Assembly: GCA_030141605.1 (NCBI GenBank)
Contig: JAQGDQ010000350.1
Location: 42,098 to 106,097, forward strand
Direction: 5' to 3'
From: Tubiluchus corallicola
Taxonomy: Eukaryota; Animalia; Priapulida
DNA length: 64,000 nucleotides
Below the pieces are notes generated by a model that worked only from the letters and a program-made list of their open reading frames with translations, ran no database searches and was not told the DNA's origin. Positions 1 through 15,700 of this stretch are shown in pieces. The position numbers and the translations under genes are program-made. The stretch's first letter is position 1, and the number at the start of each line of letters is the position of its first letter.

Positions 1-246
1 TCAAGAATGTAAAGTGTCCTGCGTAAAAGAGCAATGTGAGGCAGCTTTGTAATGTAAAGTATGTCAAGGCTGATTAAGTAACTGAAGATTTTTATACAAT
101 ATGATAAACAATTGATTTTCAAGCAAAATAAAAGCTAAAAATTATGCATTTGGAAAGCCTCCAGAGATTCCGAATATGAAATCAGTTTGTCTTGATTTTT
201 GTCATTTTGTGGTCATGTTGTAGGAGCCGCGTGTTCCGTGTGTGTG

Positions 247-278
<32 letters not shown>

Positions 279-596
279 CATGCATGCATGTGTGCTTGGA
301 ATTATGTGTTATGTTTCTAGTCATTACTTTAACATCTAAGATTGGGCAGACATTGTGTTTAGATCTCCGCCAGTAGAGTTTGAAGATAGTGAGTAGAGAC
401 TGAAGTCTGTATCTTTCCCAGTCACTCACCTGATGACCCTTTTTCTTTGTGTGGTGATTTTGTACATGTGTGTGCATTGTTGATTGCATGATTAACAGTT
501 GTTTGTCTCTCTTCTTTGTTTGTGTGTAGTGTTTCGTTTAGAGCACTTCTAGTGTAAGCTTTTTTTGTTAATATCATTTTTACTTTACTATTCTAG

Positions 597-722
597 ATTC
601 GTCTTTCGCTTGTGCGGTCATTTGTCTCCATGGACGTGTTTAATGAAGATTCATTGAAGCAAATAGCTAGTTTACTGAACCGAGCTACTCAAGTGGAGAT
701 TGAAATGACTTCTCAGTCGTGG
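597..722 (+). CDS. PKD1L exon 1 in window (REJ-end/GAIN-A helices, IRLSLVRSF...[14 protein letters not shown])
   Basis: ttctag|ATT ... TGG|gtttgt; 126 nt open; family-like helical motif. Confidence 0.75.
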
Positions 723-3700
723 GTTTGTTTCTAATCTCTCTTTCACTAGTGGAAAGATCATTTATAGTGTGGCAGACAGTAGCTGCCAGATTTTGTAATG
801 TTTTCACCGATTTTGCTATAGGCTATGCTTTTATCAATTGACTCAAGGTAGCATTCTGAAATGTCCAATGTAACGTATTATCAGTTGACTCAAGGTAGCA
901 TTCTGAAATGTCCAATGTAACGTATTATCAGTTGACTCAAGGTATCATTCTGAAATGTCCAATGTAACGTATTATCAGTTGACTCAAGGTAGCATTCTGA
1001 AATGTCCAATGTAACGTATTATCAGTTGACTCAAGGTAGCATTCTGAAATGTCCAATGTAACGTATTATCAGTTGACTCAAGGTAGCATTCTGAAATGTC
1101 CAATGTAACGTATTATCAATTGACTCAAGGTAGCATTCTGAAATGTCCAATGTAACGTATTATCAGTTGACTCAAGGTAGCATTCTGAAATGTCCAATGT
1201 AACGTATTATCAATTGACTCAAGATAGCAGTCTGAAATGTCCAGCATATTGTGAAAATAATAGATGGAAAGAATTTGAATTTAAAGCATTATGTCAAACG
1301 CTGAGTAGCAACTAAATGCTCACCTGTTGGCCACATTGCAAGCTTCACTCTACTGTTTGTATTAGTGCGACTCAAAAAAGAATAGTGCTTAGCTTTGTTA
1401 ATGAACTAGTGAAATTGCTTGTAACCTATCTAATAATTGCACAAACCATTTGGTACCCTGAAGAGCATGCTGGTGTTAAACTTTCATGGCCTACTGTTAT
1501 AGTGCTGAATGATGTAGCAACAGTAATGGTTATGGTAGATGATGAAATAGCAAATATTTGAAGCTAATGTGGCAAAGAATACCTTTCAGAAGAAGCTTGC
1601 AGGCAGCTGCCCATCCAATTATAATCCAGATCCAGACTTGTTTTTCTATAATGTACATCTGTTAGAGTAATTTTGTCTGTACTTTCCACTAAAATAGGAA
1701 GTTAATTTTTCGCGTTGAAACTTAATGCCAAAGCAGGGCCGTCTTAATGCATCGGCACATTGGGAAGTTGCCCACGGACTCCAGTCTAATCCATGTGTTG
1801 TTGAGGCTTGTTATCAATAAATAAATACTAAACTATGAATATATGCTATTCTGTTGCAAGTGGACATTGGCTCTGATTTAGTCACCAGGTCACCTCTGAA
1901 ACCTTCTGTGCAGAATCTCATGCTTTACATAATGTACATGCTCTACATAAGTCAATTTTTTACAAAGACACAATCTTCAGATAAATAATAAATAATCAAA
2001 AGTAATTTCGTGCTTTACCATCTCCATTTTGTATAGTTTATCAATTGTGTAGCATTTATATGTTGAATCTTTTAAGTTTTCAAAGCACATCTTATGTTGT
2101 TCAAACACTTGTGTTGATTCATCTTCGCTGTACAGCATGTTTTTTAGCACATCTTATGTTGTTCAAACACTTGTGTTGATTCATCTTCGCTGTACAGCAC
2201 GTTTTTTAATATTTAAACACTTATTTTGTTGGAAGTACCAATACAATAAATATAAGTTTAATTTTCTCGTCTATCCCCTCTTAATAAGACCCCATTTGAA
2301 ACTACTACATTTAATAATCATATTTACTGAATAATTGTATTGTTTTGTTTAGATTTAGGTATCTAACTTTATTATTTTTTGTTTTCAGTTCTTTTTGGAT
2401 AATTTGTATCATTTATACTGTTTTTGTTGTTATTTTTTTCTTATTTGTTTTTGTTTTTGTTATCTGCACCATCCCAGTTAATTTTTAATGTGACTAATCT
2501 AATCTCTCTGACTAATAAGAAAGGACAGGAGACTAGATAACCCTATGGTCCTTCCCTGCCCTGCTCCATGATTATAATTACTTAATATTTAAAAAACTTT
2601 TGATGTTAAACTAATTGGAGAAAATAAATGTTCTATGTCTATGTCTATTTACGTTTTTATTCCTGTGAGTCGTTGTGTAGGTAGGGGTGCCAGTGCATTG
2701 CTTTGCTCGGGGGCCTATAATGCTGTTAAGAAGGCATTGATGACTGTAGAAATTTATTGCTGTATCTATTTGCTTTGTCGTGCCATTGTGATAAGGTTAT
2801 TGATTTCTCTGTTTTTTTCTGAAGTATTTCCAGCTTCTTATTTTGCACAAACTATCGCCACTAGGACATTAACTTAGTAAATGCTTGTACCAAATGGTAC
2901 CTCATGAACGTCACCTAGTTGAAAAAGCTTCCTGATTCAGTGAAGCATTTTGCTGTTAAAAAAGGCAACGAAAAAGCTGATGCAGAAGCAGTAACTTTTG
3001 GGCAGTCATTCTGTAAACACTCTGTCTTTCATGCACTCTGTCTCTGGTGAAACAGGCTTTAAACTGCTTCAAAGTTTGGCTAATTGGAAAAGGTTATTTA
3101 CAAGGTGTTGTGGTAGGAAAAGTCAAAACAGAAAAGCGATTTATCTTAAAATAAACAGAATTGAACTCTAAACCTGCAGCTCAGTGTATTTCTACCAGTG
3201 CAATGTACTACGAAACGACCGTGGAAGAGAATCTTCACAAAAGACCACAATAACATCGTACTAGTGTTTAGCTTTAACCATGCTGTTTGTCCTTTCTTGT
3301 ATCTCGTTTATTTTGTTTTAGTAAAAAAATTCAAGTTCTAACATGACGGTGGTGTAGCGTTGTACATTATTTATGTTTATTTACAGGTAACTGCAATGGG
3401 GAAGGTTGCAAGTTTTGGAAAGTTCATGAAACAAACTTACAACACTGTTAACATAGACGCTGATGCAAACAAAGTGAAAAACATTTCACAGTAAGTTGTT
3501 GAAATCTCTTATACACGATAACAGCTGCCAGGAAAAAAAGTCCTGAGTTCGAATCCGGGTGAAAATTATTTTTGGTCATTTCCTAATTTGTTTATGATGC
3601 AAACTATGAATCTAGGGTATTTGCGACTTGAAGCCTTGATAAATGGCAGAAATTCTGAAAATTTATAAAATTATATATTACAAGAAGCTCGCCAAACTTA

Positions 3701-6700
3701 GGTCTTTTAAGATGTTATGAATTTATCTTAAAATCATGATGTCTTTGTTTTATTTGGAAATTACTAATGCCTGAGTTATCATATTAGGACAGTTTCAGGA
3801 TAATTTTTAAAGCTTTATTTGCTATGAATCTTTTCTTGTGCTTTGACTTTATATCTGAAAACTGTTTATATCTTGAAATCATGGCACTCGGTTACAGGGA
3901 AGTGATGGGCTGTGTGTCGAATGTGTTGGCTGGAGCGCTTGCACAGTCAAAAGAGGAGAACAATGCTAGTAAGACGGAAGATATGGGAAGGGAAGACAAT
4001 AGAACTCTAGCAGAGAAGCATAAACAGGTTGATTTTTTTTGCAAAGAAATGTCATCATCATTATCATCATGTCTTTGTCATCATTGCTATGGCTTGATTA
4101 CTAATGAATAGTTTACATAATAATTAATAATTGTCGGAAACTCATTTCTGAAGTAAGCAGATTAATATTTGCTGTATTAATTTATTAATTTCGTATTAAG
4201 TATTGCAGGACTGACGCGGCAAGGCACTTCATCACTAACACTGGCCCTAGACTTTGGAATAACGTCAACGAATACATAAAAAATTCTTTATCTATAATAA
4301 CTTCAAAATAAATTTCAAAAGTGAAATCTTTTCTAATTATACAGAATAAATCAATTTGATTAATTACACTGCTGTCCCTGTCGGAATCCATTGCCTTGCT
4401 GGCTATGTCAATTTTTAAATTTCTATAGGTCATGTTACTCATACAGATACTACCACATCTTTCTCCTTTTTATTCTCTATTAACCTTTCCTTCTACTCCT
4501 TTACTGCTCTTTTCTATTACACTCAGTCCACATTCATTTGGGGTACTCTAAACAAGTAATTACTTCTTGAGTACCCCACGGGTCATTTGCGGCTTGGCAT
4601 CTTGAACACATAATAATAAATATATTATTAAATACTTTTATGTACAATGCTGTAATGATCATTGTGGATATATTTAATAAATAAATAAATAAATAAAATA
4701 ACTGTACGAAGTACACAAAGAAGGAGTACATAATTACTTTTGTAGTTTTACTGAACAAATATGTATGTATGAAACCTATCTTATCGTATCATTATCCATG
4801 TAGCTGTTTAAAGGCAAAGCTATCTCTAAACTTAATAAAGATGCTGTAGGTATTGGGGTAGAAATTACCGTGGTAAAATTATGAATTGTAATATATTGTG
4901 ACACTAACACATTTTCACTTACAATTGTGTATTATGAAGTGATAAAGTAAATAAGTACATCATCATGTTTTAACTCGTTTGTTTATTGTTATTATTTACA
5001 AATACATACAAATGACACGGCAGTGGACATCAAACACTAATAATACTTTTTGAGAACTAACTTTTGATAGAAAAATTCAGTCTAGCACATTAAACGAAAA
5101 TTGAAAACAATTTTTATTCTTGTTCTCGACATTAGCCATTATTAATTTATTTATTGTTATCGTAATCATCATCATCATCATCGATTGTCGTTGGAAATGA
5201 TAAAAGAATCTTTATTTATTATTCGTGTTATTGTATTTGGGTAATCACATTTCTGAAGTTTCTGCTGCTGCTGCTGATGATGTTGATGATGATGATGTTG
5301 CCGCCGCTGTTTAAGAATTATTGCACCACAGAACATACTTGCATCATTCATGGTTGACGATGTTATTGATTTTTTCAGATGAAAGTGATAACTGAATCTT
5401 GCGTGAAAGTGATTAAAGATGTGACCGATTCGATTATAACTTATAAACATGCTAGTGAGGAAGCAGAGCTCCTACAGACCGAATTTGTCACCATTTACGC
5501 TGATCGCATAGAAGCAAGCAAACTAGCCGGTGAGCTTGTTCAACAGTTTATTTCAGTCCATTTTATTTACCATCATTAGTATATTTACACGGTCAGTAAG
5601 AAATAACGCCATTATGTAGCTGAGAAGATGCAGCAAATGATCTGTCGATCGCCAGAAAATGAGATGAGTGGTGCGTATTGGAAAACATCTGTTTTCAACA
5701 ATCCATAGACATTAATGAAAAAACACTGAATGTTTTATTCTTCATAGACGATTTGACAAAAATGTTTATTACAGTGTACGCTCACTTATCTCAGGTATTG
5801 CGTACCAGGCCCACCCGTGATATGTGAATTCCCACGAAGTAGGGACACTGCTTGTTTTAGTAGTCTTACATTATTTGAAGTCTTTATAAATCCTCCCCAC
5901 ACTCTTATACATAACCCTTTCCCATTCCCTTAATAACTTTTTCCGTTCTGTACATGTATCTTTTAAAAAACTTTACTTAAATATTCATATAAAAATGTTT
6001 TAAACTCATAAACCGAGATACGTAATTTTAAAAATTTTATATGGGCACTCACCATTGAGTAGCATCTCAAGTGGGTGCAAGTACTACATTTCATTTTTGG
6101 TGTGTATTCATCCGCCGAATAAATTTACTATTTACTGTAAATGGTAATTTTTTATGATTTATAATATTCTTTTAATGTTAGAATTAATGTTTTTAATATA
6201 TTTTTATACATTTTGCGATTTTTTATGCAAAATTCATCAAATCTGTACAATACGTACGTGCTGCGCATGTGCAAAAATACTTTAGACTTAGTACCGCAAA
6301 AACTAGCGAAACAGCAAAAATACCGCAATAAATATTTACATTAATACTTTTGAAAACCTGCGAAACATCGAATCCGCGATAAACGAACCTCTAAGTAGTG
6401 AGGGAACACCGTATACATACAAAATTACAAAGTTCACAAAAATTAAGCAAAAGACAGAAAAACGAGCACACTTTATCATCTCTTTCCGTGCCGATTCCTA
6501 CTGACCAATAAAAAACTTTCATGATTTCACATGCCTCCCATTCGCCGCAGTGTGACAACATTCGAAATAACTAGTAATGATTCAAATTGTTATTTTTAGG
6601 GGATAAGTTAATTAACTTACGTAGATATGCACGGTTATGTACCTTAGACTAATTGAAATAATGTTGACATAAATGATTATGATAATATGATTTTATATAC

Positions 6701-9700
6701 AACATTTTTGTATCATTATTATGCATCCAGTATTAAATTTTAATTGCTTGATGTAATTGCAATTGTTCTGTGTTTAGGTAAAACATTAAAGATTAAAGAC
6801 ATGGGAGAATTCAAGATGCCGTACAATTTCAGTGACAAATACGAGGATAATGACGTATTTGATGTGGAGGTAGAACAGCCTGTATTCGCTGAGCTGTCGT
6901 CACGTTGTGCTTTTTCCTGCATGTTCCGTTCATTTTACTGCTGACACTTAAACTTAGCAAAATATAGAAAGGAAGTGTGAAAATATTTCCTATAAAACAT
7001 AAACTTGTTTAATACTACCGCATTATAGAAATTTCACGCGCAGCTGTAGTCGCCATTCACTTCAAATTGTGATGTAATTTGTGGACTTCGTGACTTTCCG
7101 TAAGCGTGCGCTGCCTAAATTCAAACTTCTGCGGCTTTCCTAATGTTCCTGTAAAAATATCAAAAAATTAGCTATCTATTTTTTGTTAAACTTATTACAC
7201 TTTTGATGGAAATTGACAGTGCGCTGGTTTTCTATGGCCGACGACAGACATTATTGATGCAAAAATGCGTTTAAAATGGAGGCACTCAAGCATAAAATGA
7301 TTTTAGTAATTACACGAGGAGCTCATTGCACTTTCATTACTAAGCTTTCTAATATTTTTCGCAATAGTCGAAGTAAGCCTAACTTCCCCGAAGGCTTAGC
7401 CTCTCCTTTATATATACGTGTGCTTGCAAACCAAAATCACCCGTAAGTCGGCATAGTTAAAACTACGTTCTGATGCTTCAAAGTAGAATTTTGTCAAATG
7501 TCAATTCTTTGTTTTTTTATAAAAGCAAATGCTAAATAGTTGGAGTTTTTGGTTCCAGCATCAAAATTATCAAGAAAATGTTCAAAAAAATGCCAAAAAT
7601 CTTATTTTATAGTTTCGTACTCACTTCTCTAGGTAGAAACTAGTACTGCAATTGTAAAGAAATTGTATTTTAAAACTCTGATAGTAGTTCGTGGAAGCAG
7701 TCATTTTGCTTGGGTTTTTTTGCCAAGCCCAAGTCTTTGCCAGGAAGAACCATCTACTGGATTTAAACATAACATGGGCTCTTCAAAGTCCATAGCAATC
7801 AGGATTTGTGCAGTTGTTAAGTGTTTTGTAGAAACGTGACAAAAAACGGTGGCTAACTTTAACAGTGATTTTCTCAAGATTATGTTTTTCTGTACGTAGC
7901 CTGCACCTCAACTTCAACGTGGATTGTCTCAGCTTAGTATTAATAGAGAGCAATGAGCTTGATATCAAAATGATCCTCATGAAATGGAGTTTCAGGATAT
8001 GCGAATAACTAGAAAAGCTTAATTGCCTATTTAATAAAGTTTGATTCTTACCTGCATATTGTATGTTTTCTTATTACAGCTGTATCAAATCAAGCAGAAT
8101 CCTTACATCTGGTCTGATTCATCGACTATTGTCAACACACCCGTAGCAAGTATTGCTATTAGGAGATCTAATGCTGATGGTACAACCGAGTCTACAATCT
8201 CACTACCTTTAGAGTACTTTCTAGAATTACCAGGTAATCACCTTTCATTTACTGCAATAAATGCATTGAAGTGTAAAATCTCTGAAATTTTATGTAAGTT
8301 TATATAGCGAAAAGTAGCCGAGTGTTCACTGTCAAGTTGTGTAAGTTAAACAACACTCACCCTGGTTAGTAAATACATGCTTGGCTGCTTCAGAGCGGTT
8401 TCGCCTGCCGTAAGTTTTTCAGATTTTTGTTACCGTGTGTTTGTCCAAACTCGACTAAGATGCCTCTATGGGATTAGTGCCTTGCATTAGACAATTCATG
8501 TTGATCTAGATCCTAGTCCTTCCACAACCATCTACTTTATGCGCATTTTATCATTAAGTGTTTGTTTGTGTCTTGAATTGCATAAAAATGAAGAGCATGA
8601 AGGTTAAAATTTAAACAGCGGTGCTGACATCTAGCAATCTTTTTACCAATCGATTGTCTGACAACTGACTTATTAACACAGCATTCATGGAAGTAAAATA
8701 ATGGAATTTTTTGCACTCACACACATGCACACACGCACGCACACATACACAGGCGCACACACACACACACACACACACGCACACAAACACACAATTAACA
8801 ATGCTTTTATTTACTGGTTTGTCTAGACTTGATGTATGTCATTAAAACATTTAAAATTATCTCAACTAACAATGCTTTTATTTACTGGTTTGTCTAGACT
8901 TGCCGTATGTCATTAAAACATTTAAAATTATCACAACTAACAATGCTTTTATTTACTGGTTTGTCTAGACTTGCCGTATGTCATTAAAACATTTAAAATT
9001 ATCACAACTAACAATGCTTTTATTTACTGGTTTGTCTAGACTTGCCGTATGTCATTAAAACATTTAAAATTATCACAACAACAATGCTTTTATTTACTGG
9101 TTTGTCTAGACTTGTCGTATGTCATTAAAACATTTAAAATTATCACAACTAACAATGCTTTTATTTACTGGTTTGTCTAGACTTGCCGTATGTCATTAAA
9201 ACATTTAAAATTGTCAAACTAACAATGCTTTTATTTACTGGTTTGTCTAGACTTGTCGTATGTCATTAAAACTTTTAAAATTATCACAACTAACAATGTT
9301 TTTTTTGTTGACTTGTCTAGACATGACATGGTTTCAATCACATTACACGACCAGCACAAGGGCACTAGAAAGCAAACACATCACTGTGCATTCCATCACC
9401 AACAACCCGGAGATGCACCTAGTACTTGCTTTCAGACATTTGTCCAGCTCGGCCATATTGAAGGTAACTTGCTACTAAAGCAGCTATTATTATCCAAACA
9501 AAATTTTAATATAGCTGATTTGTTTCTGCATGGAGAAATTACTCCTACTGATTTTACGTCAATGACTTGAATGTGTTTAGCATAATTTATGTATCAATTA
9601 CTTTATTGGTCTGCTTATACATTACCTATTTGGCTTTTGTTAATTACTTAATTAGTGCACAAAAGGCTCTGCCTATATTAACTGGTTGTATGTTTTTAAA

Positions 9701-12700
9701 ATTTACCACGGCCGATGATGGCAGTAGTCTGTGCAACTGTTTGGCAAGTTTTTAACTATGTAAAGTAAAAGTTTTAATGAAGTTGAGTTGTTTTAACTAT
9801 AAATGTTTTTAAGTGCCTGTATTAAGCAAAGCACATTGTTTACTTTTCTTAAGTTGCGAACTGATTGTGGGGAATTGAAGGAACCAATGTGCTGTAAGAT
9901 AATGTCCCAAAAATTTGTACTTTTGTTAACCATTTCTATTTTACAGGTTTTATTCAAGCAGGATGACCGGCCAGTAATTGATGACTATGATGGGCGTCGA
10001 CCGCTGTATCGTATTCCAGTTCCTCGCGAGGATGAATACATAGCAATTCAACCAAATTACATTCTCAGCATTTACAATCCTCTGCCTGAGAACGTCACTT
10101 ACCAAATTGGCATTCTGTTTGATTCTGATGAGATACCTCCGTGTTACGAGCCATCAGTGGCGTGCAGACGACATGCGAATGAATGCAGTGTTACCTCGGA
10201 TACGTGCTCTTCATCTGAGAACCTGATGGAATGCTGGGATCAGGCGTGTCGAGAGCCTGATGAATGCGACGTTACCGCAGATACGTGCTCGAAGAATGTC
10301 AAGGAGTGCATTGAGGAGAAATGTAGTGTAGATTTTTGCCTAGAGAGGGAGCTTTGCTACGACGACTGGGTGGAGCACTGTAGAAACATTTCCAGAAGTT
10401 GTGGAAAAGCACTGGCTGGGTGTCGGTTCTACTCAACAGAGTGGTGTCGGCGTTACCATGACGCTTGTTTGATCGAGTGCACCTTAGATGAAGACGAGTA
10501 TCAGGGACATTGTGAAGTACTTTGTACATGGCAGCGTGAAAAGTGCATTGAAAAATTTGAGTGCGAAGCCGTCGCACCGTGCATCCACCGCACAGATGTT
10601 GACTGTACGTTGACGCTGCACGAGGATTCCAAGCGACAGGCGTGTAGGGACATTTACAACAATTGTACGATGGAGCACACGGATGCTTGTATGTTGGACA
10701 TGTCTCAGTGTAACGCTACCTGTTACAGTTGCCTGCCGCTTTGTGACTCTGCGCTGGCGGACGATTGTACGGCAGTGTGTCAGCAAAGGCTAAGAGTATG
10801 TTTACAACCCATGAACGAAACGTGTGTGAACGTGACCCACGAGACACTGGTGCTGTGTATGACTTACTGGTGGATGGAGAATCCCGCACTGATAGCCGCA
10901 CGGTTTAACAATGAATCTGAGCCAGAGTTACAAGGTGAGTCAGTGAGAATTGTCAACATGTCATCTGACTTCTGCCTACTTGTTTAGACTAAATTACTGA
11001 AACTGCAGCTTATAAGCATTTTTGTCTACAACAAACAGAAACGCCGTGTAGCGACCAAGCCAACTTTGAATACATTTTGTTAAAACTGTAACGTTTTGGC
11101 TATAATCTGTAGCCCATTGTCACTCAAAACAGGCAAAAATTAGGATTATGTTCCAACTTCTCTGGATTAAAGCACAAGGTAGTCTTTTACTTATGTAAAG
11201 CTTAAAATTTTGTACCACTTACATGCTGTCTTATTGCATGTAAGGCTTGCCTTATCAGTAACGCTGTATAATACTTGAAAATTTAAAATCACGTGATGAC
11301 CGTTAGACCAACCATTTTGATAATAAGTCATTTGAAACAAGTTTATTTAACACTGAGTACAGTTTTCAAAAGAGCTTTCATTTCGTAGACTTCACTAAGC
11401 AAAATTTTAAATTTACTGTATCTTGTCAATAAAATTTAAAAATATGTTTTTTTGATGAGTGAGCGGCACACTGGAAAGGTAAGTCAACGACATTTTACAA
11501 AGTTAGTGTGATGTTTCTACTTTAATCAACATTTTTAACAAAAATAATCCCCAGATGCTTTTATGATAAAATTTTTAAGAAAAATCAGTTGCAGTCCTTC
11601 TCAAATAGCTGTTATAGTAGCCTGATTTGATTTAATTTTTTAACCAATTAACTTCTTCACGACTGTATCGTTCAAAATACGTCTTATAAGACCTATGACT
11701 TTTCCGTTACTGTATGTGCACAGATACAACTAATGATTACAAATTAGGTACTGTTCTATTCAGGAGGATCTCAGCTATTCAATCATGCCTTTTCTTTAAA
11801 TAAGTGGTTTAATTAGATAAAATTAAGAGAAACGTACCCTTTTCATGCTCTGTAACTTAGCCTATTGAGCAGTAGCTTAGTCTGGCGTACACTTGCATGA
11901 TCGTACCCACTACTCTATTGATCCCCTGCTTGTTGCAACCCGAGAAAATCATCTGCTGTACAGAGTTCCAGGATCAGCCAAGGATAAATTAAGATCGTTT
12001 CATCTTTTAACAGGAATTTATGATTTAAAAATTTATGAGTAGACCTGAGGCCAAAGCGTATCAGAGTGTTGTGTCTGGATAGTTGAAATTTTCTGCATTA
12101 GCTGATTTCACACAAGTGATACTGTATGTTGTTACAGTGCAAACACTGTAGTTACTGAAAACTTCCAATTTTTTGTAAAAAATCAACTTTTAATTTGGCT
12201 AAGGTAAGCAAATGCATTTCATATATAATTTTGAATGAAAATGTAAAATGTCGGTTTCTACTTCATTGTGTGGGGAGTAGAAACGTATAAAAATTATCAA
12301 ATCATTGCATAGTGAGAGCATTTGTTCATGAACCCATGCAAGATGCAGCAAACAATTTCAGTCCTGATGGAGTTCTGAACCATTTTGTTTCCTCATTGTA
12401 GCTTCATTGTGAAACCCTTATAGAGTGAAAAACTTCTTAGATAACAGTACAAAATCCTTCAAAAATAGCTCGTTTATTCAAAAAATACACCTTGGCAGTG
12501 CTTCGTACATTTCACTCGGATTTTCTAAAACAAATTTTACTGTAAATATCCCCAATTATGTTGCACAAGTGCATTGTTATTTCATATAGATATGTGTAAA
12601 TACTTGCACAATTCGTTTGTTTTGCAGCCACCATTGCTCCATACAAGATTGCCACTTACACTGCTGATGTGAAATTTGCCGGTACGAGCGCTTCCGTGTA

Positions 12701-15700
12701 CGTGATGCTCCACGGTGAAAGAGGTGACTCTCCCATTTTCAGACTCTTCGAGAAGATCCAGAACTTTGCACAGGGAAGGTAAAATTAGCTTTGTACGTCG
12801 TAGTGCAAGCACTTGTAAAAATGAATTCATGAAAGCCAAAATTGTCTGCAAAGTTTCTCACTTGGTTTCTTAGGCACAATAATTGAATAAAATGCCATTA
12901 AAATTTTGAACTGCAATTGCTTTAACAAATAGTTAATTTCTATAACCTTTTAACCCTTTCAGTCCCAAATTATTTTTTTAATAAGAAAAAAATGGCTTGG
13001 TACTTTTGTTCAGTATGTCCATCTTGTTTACACATAATAATTATTTTTTCTACCTGTGCCCATGTGCTAAATATAGCCTGTATCCCACGGGATACATTGG
13101 GATTCAATGGAAGCATAAAATGCGCTTCATTTTGGAACTGCTGATAATTTTTTAAAGTATTTAAGAGATTTAGTATGCATGCTATGCTGATCTGTACAAA
13201 GTCGTCTCTAAAGTACTGTACCTTGCACAGTTTTTTATGCTATGTAGATTTTCTAGTTTGCCATTTTATCACAATTTTTAGTCTATTGTTATTGGCTTAA
13301 ATCAAAATAACTATTAACAGATCAAATGACTGTCAGTTTTAAAATTTTATTAATTTTAAAGGCAGAAAATATTCTCGTATCCCACGGGATACAACGGGTA
13401 TGAAAGGGTTAAGCTATGCTTTTTTAATATTCTAAACAGAAGTTATATGCAAAAATTCAGAAACATAACATTAGGGATGGTAAAAATTTGGCGATATGAC
13501 ACCATAGTTTTTCTAACAAAACAATGACTATAATATATTTGTAGATAATACTCAAGCAATAAAAACAATACTGAAGTTAGACAATTTAAGCAACAGCAAA
13601 AAAGTATAATTAATAAATAAAATTGTTTAGCACTTCCATGCATACTTACATGGCTGCTAGTTATGAAACACAAGTTTGTTTCTCATAATGATGTAAAACT
13701 AAGTAAGCTAATGACAGACAAACATATTACTAATATTTATCTTTGTGAGCTGCACATCTTCAGAAAAGTGTCACTAAGAATACAGTACAGGGTGTTTGAG
13801 ATCCCTGCATCAGTACCAACGTGTGTAAAGGATCTATATACTTTGTCAGTGTGATTCAGAATGAAGATTGCCCTTATTGCCAGGCGAAAATGTTTCGGCA
13901 TCTAACAAGCTGCTACTTTTAAATGATTATTTTTATCCATGTTTTGAGGAATTATTGTAAATAAATACAAAGTAAAAGTAAACAAAGTATAGTTTCATTT
14001 TACCTAACATTGTTGCTTAGTTACTGCAAAAGTCTGTGATGAATTAACAGCTTAAATGATCACAGATTATGAGCCTGAGACATCTGTGATTCTACGTTAC
14101 AGTCATTGTAATATTGTTAAATGCAAATGTCATCGAAAGAATTTGTTTATTTTCAGAGTGGACTGGTTTGACTTTAGTATCTTATCCGTGGGTCTCATAC
14201 ACAGTATTACCGTGTTCCACGACAATGGAGGGTTTAGTCCAAGTTGGTTATTAGAGAAGGTGACTGCTATTTACTCACAGTCTACTTGCAAATGAGAATT
14301 CCGGTTGAAAAGTAGTTTTATAAACTGCATTAAAGTTAGTGTTCAAAAACACCTCCTAAATAGAACAAGATCAATGGTATTTGGCTGGTGAAATTTCTAC
14401 AATTCTACAATTAGAATGTATTTTACATCATTAGGTTTATTTCCCAAGCTGAAATCTTACTTGATGGCCCTCCAAATTCTCTAAATATCCTTGCAAATAA
14501 GTTGGTGTCATTTGGACCCCATGATCAGAGATGGGTGAATATCACTTTCTCGTTTATCTGCAACGCAAAATCTCAATTTTACATATCCACATCCGAAAAA
14601 TTGTAGGCAACAAATTAACTAGCTTTGCTCTACCTGCCCTATTGTTAAAAACTGTTTTTTTGTATGAAGCTAGGAGTTACAATCACAAATCACTAGCCAG
14701 ACCCCAATTTTGCTTGTAAACTTTTAACAACAACTCACACAGCACGATGTACATAGTACGTCACTCAACCATATCATGCCCATCATCAACACACAACAAA
14801 CCATGATAGGCTGGAGTAAAAATGATAATATTTGTAATTATGAGCAATGATTTGCATCTGGGAACTTACAGAAGCAACAGGTGATGAAAACATCTTCAAA
14901 TAAACTAGTGATGAAAGACATTTAGTGTGGCAACAAGCCTTTTAATGCACAAGGGAATGTTTAATGAACTGAAATTGTGTAAACTGTTTGTGCAAACAAT
15001 TGAAAATTTATTGTACAAAAGTGGATTTTTGACGCTATAATTTTGAGTAAAATCCGCGATTTTGCGCCATAAAAATCCACAGAGCGCATATCCGTACATA
15101 ATTCACTATCCACAATCCACTTATCCATAGAATTATTGCGGATTCTGCAACCACATGACTGTAAATTCACTATCCGCCCATCTCCTCTCATAATATGTTG
15201 CATAAGTTCTGTACACTGCAGGCTTATATCCCGTGGTCTTTTTATTTTGCTCCTGGGTGTAGCAGGACAGGTGACGTATTTACCATCAATGACAATCCTC
15301 TCAGATGATATACTGCACCAACAGAAGTGCCTTAGCCCGGTTCAGATCCATTACATTTTCTTTCAGTAAAGTAATAGCTTGTGTGGTGAAGCAAATAAAG
15401 TTGTTCGAAAGGAATTCTTTTGACAATTCATTTGCGAACCATGCCCAGACTTGCTGAGCTTTGGTAGCTAAGCTGAGTATTTCAGAGTTTCCATGAAAAA
15501 AATATTCAGTTATTTGCTGGCTGATAAATTTCTTTAGTTCCACTTTAGTTTCAGTGTTGATTAGTCCAGTTTCTGGTGTACCACTGCTCTTGGTGTACCA
15601 GCATTCTTGGTGTAACACTGCTCTTGGTGTACCAGCATTCTTGCTGTAACACTGCTCTTGGTGTACCAGCATTCTTGGTGTAACACTGCTCTTGGTGTAC

